A stretch of 64,000 bases of DNA from positions 64,001 to 128,000 of the forward strand of contig JBMNIF010000003.1 of the NCBI GenBank assembly GCA_050950765.1, in the 5' to 3' direction. Both the position numbers and the translations under genes were made by a program. Under the pieces are notes generated by a model. That model made no database searches. It was not told where the DNA came from and worked only from the letters and a program-made list of their open reading frames with translations. Positions 1 to 9,392 of the stretch are shown here, piece by piece. Source of the stretch: Bdellovibrionota bacterium (lineage in GTDB: Bacteria > Bdellovibrionota_C > UBA2361 > JAAYZI01). How positions within the stretch are numbered: position 1 is the first letter of the stretch; each line of letters starts with the position of its first letter.

Positions 1-237
1 TTTACTTTTGCAAAGCAGGATCCAAAACACGGCATCGCTAATTCTGGTCAACTCATTTTAGATCTCTCCGTTAACGGTAAAGAGTATAAGATTAAAACCT
101 CCGTCGATAGCATTAGTAACAGCAAATCATTGCAAGAGAAAAAACTTCGTCGCTTAGTAGAAGCTATCAGGGGTTCCACCAAAACACCCCCGTGTGGATT
201 AAAAGAATTTTATGGCTTGGGAAGTAGTACTAATTAA
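1..237 (+). CDS. 3' end of a hypothetical protein (partial, runs off window)
   Basis: Frame +1 is open from base 1 (FTFAKQDPKHGIANSGQ...YGLGSSTN) to TAA at 235-237, just upstream of the next + gene. Confidence 0.55.
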   Translation, partial: FTFAKQDPKHGIANSGQLILDLSVNGKEYKIKTSVDSISNSKSLQEKKLRRLVEAIRGSTKTPPCGLKEFYGLGSSTN

Positions 238-266
238 GTTAAACTTAGGTCAATCGGAGGTTTATT

Positions 267-1118
267 ATGCGACATAATATATTCACATCACTATTGATTT
301 TTGTTTTATTAACAACTTCTTCCTGCGCCACAAAAACGGGGCTAAACGCTAGATTAGCAGGACGTGGTCCCCTAGCGCTCAGTAATACAAATCCATACAT
401 CGCAAGTAATCTCTTATTAGCTGAAAAGTCCCAATCTAGTAACGTCGTTAGTGGATTCTTGCAATATCGTGGACTACCACTAGCGATAGAGGTTAAGCAA
501 AATACGTTTTCCTTTAATAAAGAGAGCTCCACGATATTATATTATCCGCGAGAAAGAGAAGCTTTTACTATCGAAGAACTAAACGGAGAGATCGTTGTAA
601 CAGGCCCGACAGAGATAGAACCGGTTCTCCTTACTGAGATAGAGCTTAAGACAAGAAATTTTTTCGGCTCTCCTGCTATGCTAGAGGGCACTCTCTCCTC
701 TTCTCCTCGTAACAATCTTAATGTCAATACTAGTCTCCCCCCTACCTCCATACAACAAAATATTCCGGAGAGACGTGCTGAAATTGTTAAAACACTCCCG
801 ACACCACAAGAAGAAGAGTCCCTTGCAAATCTTAAGGGGCTTAGCTTAATTAAAAAATTACAATCTAGAAAAAATATCCCTCCCGCTGAAATTACTCCAA
901 AAGGAGATCTGGTTCATAACGTAGTTTATGAAGGTGAAACCTTATCCATGATTGTAAGGTGGTACACTCACGATTTAGGAAATATCGGACGTGTTACCCG
1001 TTTAAATAAGTTGGCAAGACCAGATCATTTACGAATTGGGGACTCCATCATTATCCCTAAGTATCTGATAAAATCGAAACTAAGCTTAACACAAGAAGCA
1101 GTTGAGCATCTTAGATAG
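267..1118 (+). CDS. LysM peptidoglycan-binding domain lipoprotein
   Basis: Signal peptide with lipobox-like LLTTSSC; C-terminal LysM-like HNVVYEGETLSMIVRWY...NKLARPDHLRIGDSIIIP. Confidence 0.75.
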   Translation: MRHNIFTSLLIFVLLTTSSCATKTGLNARLAGRGPLALSNTNPYIASNLLLAEKSQSSNVVSGFLQYRGLPLAIEVKQNTFSFNKESSTILYYPREREAFTIEELNGEIVVTGPTEIEPVLLTEIELKTRNFFGSPAMLEGTLSSSPRNNLNVNTSLPPTSIQQNIPERRAEIVKTLPTPQEEESLANLKGLSLIKKLQSRKNIPPAEITPKGDLVHNVVYEGETLSMIVRWYTHDLGNIGRVTRLNKLARPDHLRIGDSIIIPKYLIKSKLSLTQEAVEHLR

Positions 1119-1163
1119 GTTCCGTTTTTTATGCCGCATACCCTCTTCTTAGACGTTCCATAT

Positions 1164-1206
1164 AAAAATAGCGCAGCCTATTATTAAAAACACAACAGCT
1201 GCGCTA
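1164..1206 (-). terminator. Probable intrinsic terminator downstream of ilvC
   Basis: Stem TAGCGCAGC (1169-1177) / GCTGCGCTA (1198-1206) followed by a T-run on the minus strand. Confidence 0.5.
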
Positions 1207-1250
1207 AATGGAAAGATGCCGCTCTCAATGCGACACCTTAATCACAATAA

Positions 1251-2297
1251 TTACTGTCTCTCTGGACGTAATTTTCTAACCTGTTGACCAGTACGCCAAA
1301 CTTCCAGATTTCCAAGCTCTTCCAACTCTTTTGAGAGTTTCTCACGATAATCAGGTTTACTATTGGCAGCAATTGTAATCCTCGCCTCATTCCCACTACG
1401 CACACTCTCGTATAGTTCTTCAAAGACGGGAGCAACAGCATCTCTAAAACGGTTTTTCCAATCTAAAGCACCACGTTGCGCAGTTGTTGAGCAGTTGGCA
1501 TACATCCAATCCATACCGTTCTCACCAACCAACGGAAGTAGACTTTGAGTGAACTCTTCAACAGTTTCGTTAAAAGCTTCACTGGCAGAGTGTCCGTTCT
1601 TACGGAGTAAATTATACTGCGCTTCAATAATACCTGCTACGGCACCCATCAAAACACCCCGTTCGCCAGTTAAATCACTGTAAACCTCGTGCTGCATATC
1701 TGTCTTAAAAAGATAGCCAGATCCGATCCCAACACCTATCGCAAAAACTCTTTCTTGAGCTTTACCTGTGGCATCTTGGTAGATAGCAAAACTGGAGTTG
1801 ATACCCCTACCAGCTACAAAGAGTGTTCTAACAGTACGACCTGAACCTTTCGGAGCAACTAAACCAACATCTATATCAGCAGGTGGAATAACACCCGTTT
1901 GATCTTTATATGTGATAGCAAAGCCGTGCGCAAAGATTAAAGCCTTTCCTGCCGTCAAACCTGCCTTTACAGTCGGCCACTGATCAATCTGACCAGCATC
2001 AGAAAGGAGATTGATAATAATAGTCCCCTTTTTAACGGCTTCCGCTACTGGAAATAAGGTCTCACCAGGTTTCCAGCCATCGTTAATGGCTTGTTGCCAC
2101 GATTTTCCACCTTCTCTCTGACCTACAATTACATTAAAGCCGTTATCTCTTAAATTTAAAGACTGCGCAGGTCCCTGTACTCCGTAACCAATAACAGCAA
2201 TAACATCATCTTTTAGAACGGAACGTGCTTTATCTAAAGAAAATTCTTTGCGAGTGACAACTTCCTCTTCCATGTCACCAAAAGTCATTTTAGCCAT
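1251..2297 (-). CDS. ilvC: Ketol-acid reductoisomerase
   Basis: IAVIGYGVQGPAQSLNLRD NADP-binding motif, VAPKGSG, SDLTGERGVLMGA, NCSTTAQRGALDW; start set at MAKMTF (2297). Confidence 0.97.
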   Translation of the reverse strand: MAKMTFGDMEEEVVTRKEFSLDKARSVLKDDVIAVIGYGVQGPAQSLNLRDNGFNVIVGQREGGKSWQQAINDGWKPGETLFPVAEAVKKGTIIINLLSDAGQIDQWPTVKAGLTAGKALIFAHGFAITYKDQTGVIPPADIDVGLVAPKGSGRTVRTLFVAGRGINSSFAIYQDATGKAQERVFAIGVGIGSGYLFKTDMQHEVYSDLTGERGVLMGAVAGIIEAQYNLLRKNGHSASEAFNETVEEFTQSLLPLVGENGMDWMYANCSTTAQRGALDWKNRFRDAVAPVFEELYESVRSGNEARITIAANSKPDYREKLSKELEELGNLEVWRTGQQVRKLRPERQ

Positions 2298-2467
2298 AAT
2301 ATCTCCTCTCACTTACTGAGGGTTTACTATTCTTAAGGCAGTAAGCCCAACACAATAATTAAGTAACCTCCATGCCCCTCATAGTCATGAACATTACCCT
2401 TAAAAACACACAGAATCGTACTTTGAAAAGTACGTTTTAGCAAGTAAGGAGCAGATCCTTAAATAAA

Positions 2468-2657
2468 CCCTTTTTACCTCACCAATTCTTGGCGCATTCA
2501 CATCACACAAGAACCTTTTTCCTCACCAATTCTTAGTGCATTCACAAAATATAAAGGCTCTTTTTCCTCACCAATTCTTGGCTCATTCACAAAATACCAA
2601 GCCCCTTTTTCCTCACTACTTTTTACCGCATCCACATCACACAAGCCCCTTTTACCT
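2468..2657. repeat. ~45-bp tandem repeat array, left part (4 units plus start of 5th)
   Basis: Units resemble CCTTTTTCCTCACCAATTCTT(A/G)G(T/C)(G/T)CATTCACAAAATA..AAG.. Confidence 0.95.
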
Positions 2658-4485
2658 CCTGAATTCCCGCGAAATTATACCATACAAACGTGTTTTTAAA
2701 GGTAGCTTTCGAGCGGTATAATCTTACTTTTTCTTAAAAATACTTTTTAGAAAGTCATCTTCTTCAATATTGAAAATTTTCAAAATATCCTTTTGTTTTT
2801 TTGTTAACGGAACCATTAATTTACTGCCATTTTTAGTTTCTATAACTTTAATTTTTTGAAGCTCTTTAATGACATCAGGTATATTAAACTTTTTTTGCCT
2901 TGTATCATTTTTAAGTAAATTAAGAATATAACTTCTAAGTATAAGAGCTAAAAATCCAACAAAAAGTTTTCCTTCTGTGGTTTGAAGATTATGTGTTTTA
3001 AGTCTTCTAAAATCAATTTCATTTTTTAGCTGGAAAAATTGTTTTTCAATTACATCTTTTTGACGATAACGAAAAAGTGCTTCACTCGGATTTGAATCAC
3101 AACCAATACCAATCAAAATTAAGAAGCCACAATTTCTCAAGTATTCATCTATAGCTTCTGATTTTTTTTCATAAGTGAAACCATCTTCATTTATTTTAAT
3201 ATCAAAATATTTCCTATATTTTTTACGATCCAGCAAAGAGTATTTTAATTTTTTCAGTTCTTCTAACTCTTCTTCCATTCTAGAAATTTTCTCGTAAAAT
3301 TGAACTATCTCATATGGCGCCTTTCCCATATTGTAATAAACATAAATCTTTACAGGTTGTCCCATAACAGTATCTATTACAGAACAACCAAAAGTAGAGG
3401 TTCCTTTTATATAATTAGCATCTTGCTTAATAAGTGCAGTGTGATTTTCTAATATTCTTTTAGCGTCATTCCAATATAGTGGCAAAGGACAAAGTAGTCC
3501 AAACTTTTGCCCTTCTTCATTTGCTACTTCCGCTAAATTATCTTGCGTCACAAAACCTTGATCCGTAACAAGGTTAATACGATTATTAAGACTAATAAAT
3601 GGAAAGTCTCTTAAAAGAAAACTAAAATATGTCTTATCTGTAATGCTGCCATTATAAACTTGATAGAATAAAGGAAGCTTCGTTGTAGAGCCGTAGCACA
3701 TACCTATATTTATTTGCGGCAATTTATCCATATCCCTATTATAGCCAAACTCCAATATGCTTATTTTTTTACTATAAGAAGATATGGAAGTTACGTCATA
3801 ATACCAACATTCTTGAGCTAAATATCGCTTCGTCCATTTCTTAAAAAAATTAAGTCTTTTCTCGTAGTCAATACGTTCAAAAAGACGACTTATTTTTTGA
3901 CTTGTTAATTCAGAAATTTCATATGGTAAGACACTATCATCTATCCAACTTGAAGCATGTGATACTACATTTCCATTTGCTAGAATATAAAACGCTAAAG
4001 TTAAAATCTCGTATGTGTCATTTCCAAAAATTGAAAGCAATGTCTTGTCTAACCTTAAATCTTTTACAATCTTATTTAAAACATAAGTAAGACCAAAAGA
4101 TTTATTGCTAATAACATATCTATTAGAATCATCTGGAAACAAATCATAGTAATTTCTATTAGGAATTAATTTCTTACCGCTTTCATCTAGCTTCCCTATA
4201 CCTATTTCATCAAACGTAGGCTCTCCATTTTCACGACGAAAGTTCATCCTGTAATAGATATAAGTAGTCCCATTTTTGTTTTTCTTACGAGCAATTTGCC
4301 TATCTGGTAAGTCAACTTTTTTAGTTATTTTTTTCATAAAAAACCTCCCTAATATGTATAGGGCAATCATACCATACAAACAGGAAATGTCAATATAGAA
4401 AAATATATAACTAACTAAAATATCAATAAAAAATACGGTGGCTTATTTCTGGAATGGAGAAAAGATAAAAATTGCGGAATTTAGG
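2658..4485 (-). mobile_element. IS1634-family insertion sequence (1828 bp)
   Basis: Imperfect TIRs CCTGAATTCCCGC (from 2658) and GCGGAATTTAGG (to 4485; reverse complement CCTAAATTCCGC); 6-bp direct repeat TTACCT at 2652-2657 and 4486-4491; single transposase; markedly AT-rich. Confidence 0.9.
2724..4337 (-). CDS. IS1634-family DDE transposase
   Basis: YYDVTSISSYS, FGYNRD..LPQINIG, LVTDQGF, YRQKDVIEKQFFQLKN, EGKLFVGFLALIL; start MKKITKK after GGGAGG. Confidence 0.9.
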   Translation of the reverse strand: MKKITKKVDLPDRQIARKKNKNGTTYIYYRMNFRRENGEPTFDEIGIGKLDESGKKLIPNRNYYDLFPDDSNRYVISNKSFGLTYVLNKIVKDLRLDKTLLSIFGNDTYEILTLAFYILANGNVVSHASSWIDDSVLPYEISELTSQKISRLFERIDYEKRLNFFKKWTKRYLAQECWYYDVTSISSYSKKISILEFGYNRDMDKLPQINIGMCYGSTTKLPLFYQVYNGSITDKTYFSFLLRDFPFISLNNRINLVTDQGFVTQDNLAEVANEEGQKFGLLCPLPLYWNDAKRILENHTALIKQDANYIKGTSTFGCSVIDTVMGQPVKIYVYYNMGKAPYEIVQFYEKISRMEEELEELKKLKYSLLDRKKYRKYFDIKINEDGFTYEKKSEAIDEYLRNCGFLILIGIGCDSNPSEALFRYRQKDVIEKQFFQLKNEIDFRRLKTHNLQTTEGKLFVGFLALILRSYILNLLKNDTRQKKFNIPDVIKELQKIKVIETKNGSKLMVPLTKKQKDILKIFNIEEDDFLKSIFKKK

Positions 4486-4615
4486 TTACCTCACCAATTC
4501 TTAGTGCATTCACAAAATATAAAGGCTCTTTTTCCTCACCAATTCTTGGCTCATTCACAAAATACCAAGAACCTTTTTCCTCACCAATTCTTAGTGCATT
4601 CGCAAAATATACCAG
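4486..4615. repeat. ~45-bp tandem repeat array, right part (rest of 5th unit plus 2 units)
   Basis: Same CCTCACCAATTCTT...CATTCACAAAATA units resume immediately after the IS right end. Confidence 0.95.
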
Positions 4616-4747
4616 TAAAGATAGTATTAAAGTGCTAAAAAGATAGTGTTTAATCTCTTAAGGAAAATAGAAAAAACCTTCTTAGCGATCCCCCCCTTAG
4701 CGTACTATAAAGATGCTCCCTATATAATTTATTAACCACAGGTAAAA

Positions 4748-5242
4748 TTACTTTCTAATAGCAATTCGTCCTGATTGAATAAACTCCGTCACCCCATACT
4801 GCTCCATAATACAGTAAAAAGAACGGATCTCACTTGAAGAGCCGGTCACCTCTAAAACCATCGATTCCTGCTCTACGTATACAACGTGCGCCCCGTACCG
4901 CTTGGCGTGTTTTTCAACTTTAAAACGTTCAGCGCTCGACTCGGTCTTGACTCGGATAAATGAGATCTCTTTATAGATCAACTCTTCATCAAGGGAAGCA
5001 TAGGCATCTTTTACCTCAACGATTCTCAAGATCTGTTTTATAATAGTCTGAATCAGGTCTTCATCAACAATTACAACAATGGTAAATCTTGAAATTCCAC
5101 GTTGCTCGGTTTCTGAAACAGTTAGACTCTCTATATTTAATTTGCGTTTTGTGAATGTTGTAACTAAGCGGTGTAATACACCAGGACTATTCTCTGTAAA
5201 CGCTGAAATAGTGTATGTTTTCTGATCTTTCATAGCTTTCAC
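4748..5242 (-). CDS. ilvN: Acetolactate synthase small (regulatory) subunit
   Basis: ACT domain ENSPGVLHRL...RKLNIESLTVS; C-terminal EFIQSGRIAI; directly downstream of ilvB. Confidence 0.93.
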   Translation of the reverse strand: MKAMKDQKTYTISAFTENSPGVLHRLVTTFTKRKLNIESLTVSETEQRGISRFTIVVIVDEDLIQTIIKQILRIVEVKDAYASLDEELIYKEISFIRVKTESSAERFKVEKHAKRYGAHVVYVEQESMVLEVTGSSSEIRSFYCIMEQYGVTEFIQSGRIAIRK

Positions 5243-5244
5243 CC

Positions 5245-6957
5245 CTACTCCAATCTGATATCAGTAACACCGGCTCCGGCGGGAATCATCGGGAAAACCG
5301 AATCTTCATTAGCGACTACAACATCGAGTAGATAGGGGGCGTTAGAGTTTAACATCCTATCTAAAGCCTGATCCAAATCTTGGCGTTGATCTATACGCTC
5401 CGCTTTTAAACCGAAACCCTCTGCAATTTTCACAAAGTCAGGATTAACGAGGTTTACAGCCGAATAACGTTTTTCATAAAAGAGATCCTGCCACTGCCTA
5501 ACCATACCGAGAAAGCTATTATTCAAAAGGAGAATTTTTATAGGTAATTTCTCCTGAGCGATCGTTGCTAGCTCTTGAATCGTCATCTGAATGCCGCCAT
5601 CTCCAACGATAACAACAACACTCCTTTCAGGAGCCCCGATCTTAGCACCTACCGCCGCTGGTAAGGCAAACCCCATCGTCCCTAACCCCCCCGAGCTGAT
5701 AAAGCTGTTGTTCTTTGTAAAACAATAATAGTGCGTAGCACACATCTGATGCTGCCCAACGTCCGCTACAATTAAAGCTTCACCATTAGTTTTTTCTGAA
5801 AGTCTGTTAATAACCTCCATCATGCGCATCTCATCGCAATGCGGATGAATAGCTTCAGCCGTGACCTTCTCATATTCAACTTGGTCTAATTTTTTAAACT
5901 CCTCCAACCACTCTTTATGTTCCCTTTTTTGCACAAACGGGAGTAACCCTTCTAAGGCATCTCCAGCGTCTGCTACAATCGGGATAGAAGCTTTAACGAT
6001 CTTATCAATCTCTGCTGGATCGATATCAATATGCACCACCTTAGCTTTAGGAAGGTATCCGGAGAGGTTCATCGTAACTCGATCATCAAAACGCATTCCG
6101 ACAGCAATCACTAAATCAGATTTATTGCACAACATATTCACGGAATAATTCCCGTGCATCCCTAACATTCCAACATTTAACGGGTGATCGTATGCCAAAG
6201 AGGAGAGTCCGTGAAAGGTAAAAGCTACGGGAATTCCCGTTTTTTCAACGAATTTTTTCAAAATATCTTCAGCTTTGGAGATGCGCACCCCCTGCCCTGC
6301 AAAAAGCATAGGTTTTTTCGCAGTATTTACCAAAGCAGCCACCTCTTTTAAGACCTCATCCTGCAGATCAGATTTAAGTTGCGTGTTAACAATTTTTACA
6401 AGGTGACACTCCGCCTTAGCTACCTGTGCATCCTTAGTAATATCAACTAAAACTGGTCCAGGACGACCTGAGGTCGCAATATGAAAAGCCTTAGCAATCG
6501 TTGACGGTATCTCTGAAGGACGTGAGACTTGAAAATTCCATTTTGTGATCGGAATCGTAGCACTGATAATATCAGTTTCCTGAAAAGCATCACTCCCGAG
6601 TAGCGAACTCCCTACCTGCCCCGTAATACACACGATAGGAACTGAATCCATCATGGCATCAGCGATCCCTGTAATTAAATTCGCTGCACCAGGACCGGAA
6701 GTGGCAAAGCAAACGCCAACCTTGCCTGCAGCACGAGCGTACCCTTCAGCAGCATGCGCAGCCCCTTGCTCATGTCGAACTAGGATATGACGTAGTTTGT
6801 CACTGTAATCGTACAAGGCATCGTAAATAGGGATAACACTACCACCAGGATAACCGAAAATAGTATCGACACCTTCTGCAATTAGTGCCTGCATCAGAGC
6901 ATGAGAACCTGAAAGTTCACCCAAGCTTTCTCCTATCTGTTTTTCTATCAATGTCAT
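5245..6957 (-). CDS. ilvB: Acetolactate synthase large subunit
   Basis: FGYPGG, VRHEQGAAHAAEGYAR, TSGPGA, TPP-binding GDGGIQMT...NNSFLGMVRQWQ. Confidence 0.97.
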   Translation of the reverse strand: MTLIEKQIGESLGELSGSHALMQALIAEGVDTIFGYPGGSVIPIYDALYDYSDKLRHILVRHEQGAAHAAEGYARAAGKVGVCFATSGPGAANLITGIADAMMDSVPIVCITGQVGSSLLGSDAFQETDIISATIPITKWNFQVSRPSEIPSTIAKAFHIATSGRPGPVLVDITKDAQVAKAECHLVKIVNTQLKSDLQDEVLKEVAALVNTAKKPMLFAGQGVRISKAEDILKKFVEKTGIPVAFTFHGLSSLAYDHPLNVGMLGMHGNYSVNMLCNKSDLVIAVGMRFDDRVTMNLSGYLPKAKVVHIDIDPAEIDKIVKASIPIVADAGDALEGLLPFVQKREHKEWLEEFKKLDQVEYEKVTAEAIHPHCDEMRMMEVINRLSEKTNGEALIVADVGQHQMCATHYYCFTKNNSFISSGGLGTMGFALPAAVGAKIGAPERSVVVIVGDGGIQMTIQELATIAQEKLPIKILLLNNSFLGMVRQWQDLFYEKRYSAVNLVNPDFVKIAEGFGLKAERIDQRQDLDQALDRMLNSNAPYLLDVVVANEDSVFPMIPAGAGVTDIRLE

Positions 6958-6976
6958 TTAGTAATTACCTTAAAAA

Positions 6977-7660
6977 TTAAAAACCAAAAAAAGTTTCAAA
7001 AAGCTTTAAAATCGGATTGATTAGAAAAAAAATCACACGATCTAAAATGCCGAAATATAACAACGCTATCACAATAAATATCCCTATCCGCTCCAGTCTC
7101 ATGAAATGCTTCGCCATCTGCCACGGTAGGATCCCTGATACAATTCTACCGCCATCAAGGGGAGGTATCGGGGTAAGATTAACAATAGCTAAAACTAGAT
7201 TTATTAAAACACTATTTTTTAGTAGTAACAAGAAGAACGTAGCTGTAATTAGTAAGATCTTATCAAGTGTCGTATCAGGTTGTGCTACAAAATAGTGTAA
7301 GCAGAACATAAGCAAGGCAAAGAGTAAAAAAGAGATTATTGCTAAAATAATATTCGTAGCGGGCCCTGCTAAAGCTGTCCACATCATGCCCCGCCTCGGG
7401 TACTTAAAATAGCGTGGATCAACAGGTACAGGCTTAGCACCGCCAAAAACAATAGGGGATCCAGAAGAGATTAAAAGAGCAGGTAAAAGGATCGTCCAAA
7501 ACGGATCGATATGTTTGATCGGGTTGAGTGTCAGCCTACCAGCATCGCTAGCAGTTGGATCGCCCAAACGCTTTGCAACATAACCGTGAGCTATCTCGTG
7601 CAAGACAACCGCAAATAGTAGCGGTATAACTGTAAGTGAAATTTTTAAAAAAGTATCCAC
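6977..7660 (-). CDS. Site-2 protease family (M50) membrane metalloprotease
   Basis: HEIAHG zinc motif, GRLTLNP, ALAGPATN, NLTPIPPLDGG. Confidence 0.93.
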   Translation of the reverse strand: MDTFLKISLTVIPLLFAVVLHEIAHGYVAKRLGDPTASDAGRLTLNPIKHIDPFWTILLPALLISSGSPIVFGGAKPVPVDPRYFKYPRRGMMWTALAGPATNIILAIISFLLFALLMFCLHYFVAQPDTTLDKILLITATFFLLLLKNSVLINLVLAIVNLTPIPPLDGGRIVSGILPWQMAKHFMRLERIGIFIVIALLYFGILDRVIFFLINPILKLFETFFGF

Positions 7661-7789
7661 AGTAGTAATAAAGTAAGGTAAGAAATAGTTATAAAGAACT
7701 CCCTGAAAGAGCTTTTAGCCCTTCAGTTTAAGCATTTTTTAGAGCAAATGTGAATACGTTTCCGCCGGAAGAGGAATGTTCAGTACGGA

Positions 7790-9106
7790 TTAGTTTTTCA
7801 TCCTCGCCGGTTGACCTGTAATATCCAGCACTGATTGCCACATTTCATTATTAGTATCAACGACCTTACGTTCTTTGACCATCACTTTAATCGGAACATT
7901 AACGAAGTGATCTTTCCACTTAGAGACACAAACTCCAGTGTGTCCCGCCATTCCGGAATGAACGGCAAAAAGTCCAAGTAATAAACAATATTCGGCATCA
8001 ATGGTATCTGCTGGTGCGCTACGGATGATGTAACTCGGATCAATATATTTTAGAGTAAAGGTCATGCCTCGTTCGGTAAGGTATTGAGTGATCTTATCCT
8101 TCAAAAAGAGCCCAATGTCTTTATATTTTACATTGCCGGAAGCATCTTTATCAGTAGCAGCGTTATCTGAAGCGACCAGATCCTGTCCAGCACCTTCAGA
8201 AACGACCACCACGGCGTGGTGTCTGTTATTAAGCCTTCTCTCAAGAGCCGATAAGAAACCGCCATCACCATAAAGATCAAATGGCGATTCCGGAATTAAG
8301 CAAAAATTAGCAACGCCACTAGCACGCACAGCGTGTGTGGCAATAAATCCAGAATCTCGTCCCATCAGTTTTACCAAGCCGATGCCGTTTTCAGCTCCTT
8401 TTGCTTCAGCATGAGCAGCGTGTACGGCGTTTTTTGCCTGTTCTACCGCAGTATAAAAACCGAAGCTGGATGAGGTCCAACAGATATCGTTATCAATAGT
8501 TTTAGGGATACCGATCACTGCTATCTCTAAATTTCTCCTTAAAGCAGTTTCTGCAATTTTATCTGCCCCCCGCAAAGTACCGTCACCACCAAGTGCGAAG
8601 AGGATATTAACGCCGTATTCTAAAAGGACATCCACCATCTCTTCAGGATCTTGCGGACCTCTGGAAGACCCAAGGAACGTTCCTGCCACCTCTTGAATAC
8701 CCTCAACTACATTTTCTGTTAATTCGATAGGACGTTGCCCTCTGCGGCTTAGCCCTTTGTATCCATAACGAAACCCTAAAACCCTACGTACGCCATAATT
8801 ATTTAATGCGCTTAAGGTTATAGATCTAATCACATCATTTAATCCAGGGCATAAACCGCCGCAGGTAACAATTCCACAAGTGGTATCTTTTGGATTAAAA
8901 AATATCTGTCGTCTCGGACCAGCTTTTTCAAAAGTTGAAAGCTTTCCATTCTTAGCAAGCATCTCTTCATTGAGTTTAGAACTTGCCGTAACTAAAATTC
9001 TATCATCACCGTTAACGAAGCCACGTTCCCTTAATAGAAACGGAGAATTAAATCTTGGCTCTCCTAAAGTTTGTACAATTAGCTCCTCAGGATGTGGGAT
9101 CTCCAT
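7790..9106 (-). CDS. pfkA: 6-phosphofructokinase (long form)
   Basis: TCGGLCPGLNDVIR, GGDGTLRG, GIPKTIDND, LMGRDSGFIA, YIDPSYIIRS. Confidence 0.92.
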   Translation of the reverse strand: MEIPHPEELIVQTLGEPRFNSPFLLRERGFVNGDDRILVTASSKLNEEMLAKNGKLSTFEKAGPRRQIFFNPKDTTCGIVTCGGLCPGLNDVIRSITLSALNNYGVRRVLGFRYGYKGLSRRGQRPIELTENVVEGIQEVAGTFLGSSRGPQDPEEMVDVLLEYGVNILFALGGDGTLRGADKIAETALRRNLEIAVIGIPKTIDNDICWTSSSFGFYTAVEQAKNAVHAAHAEAKGAENGIGLVKLMGRDSGFIATHAVRASGVANFCLIPESPFDLYGDGGFLSALERRLNNRHHAVVVVSEGAGQDLVASDNAATDKDASGNVKYKDIGLFLKDKITQYLTERGMTFTLKYIDPSYIIRSAPADTIDAEYCLLLGLFAVHSGMAGHTGVCVSKWKDHFVNVPIKVMVKERKVVDTNNEMWQSVLDITGQPARMKN

Positions 9107-9392
9107 TTTGAAAAACTCCGCATAAAACGTAAAATAACTAAAAAAACACCACTTAAATCTAAAATTACAGATACACTAATCGGCATTCAGATGCCAATTT
9201 TTTGAAAGAAGATTCAAATTAATTTGAAAAGTTAATCTTATACATTTAACTTAACTTATACCAGTCTAGGATGGAATAAAAACTGTGTTTTACTATTTAT
9301 TTAAGATATAGTGCTTTCCCTCTTGATCATATTATTTTTTATAGCATTTAATTAAAACACACTTTTTACACATAAAATAATGGAACAATTCG

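Noticed and set aside
2536..2721. ORFs 2536-2721 and 4438-4638 (repetitive FPHQFLAHSQN peptides)
   Set aside because: They are translations of the tandem repeat running across the IS ends; some units are not a multiple of 3.
2468..4615. CRISPR interpretation of the 45-bp repeats
   Set aside because: Units are contiguous with no unique spacers, are not palindromic, and no cas genes are in the window.
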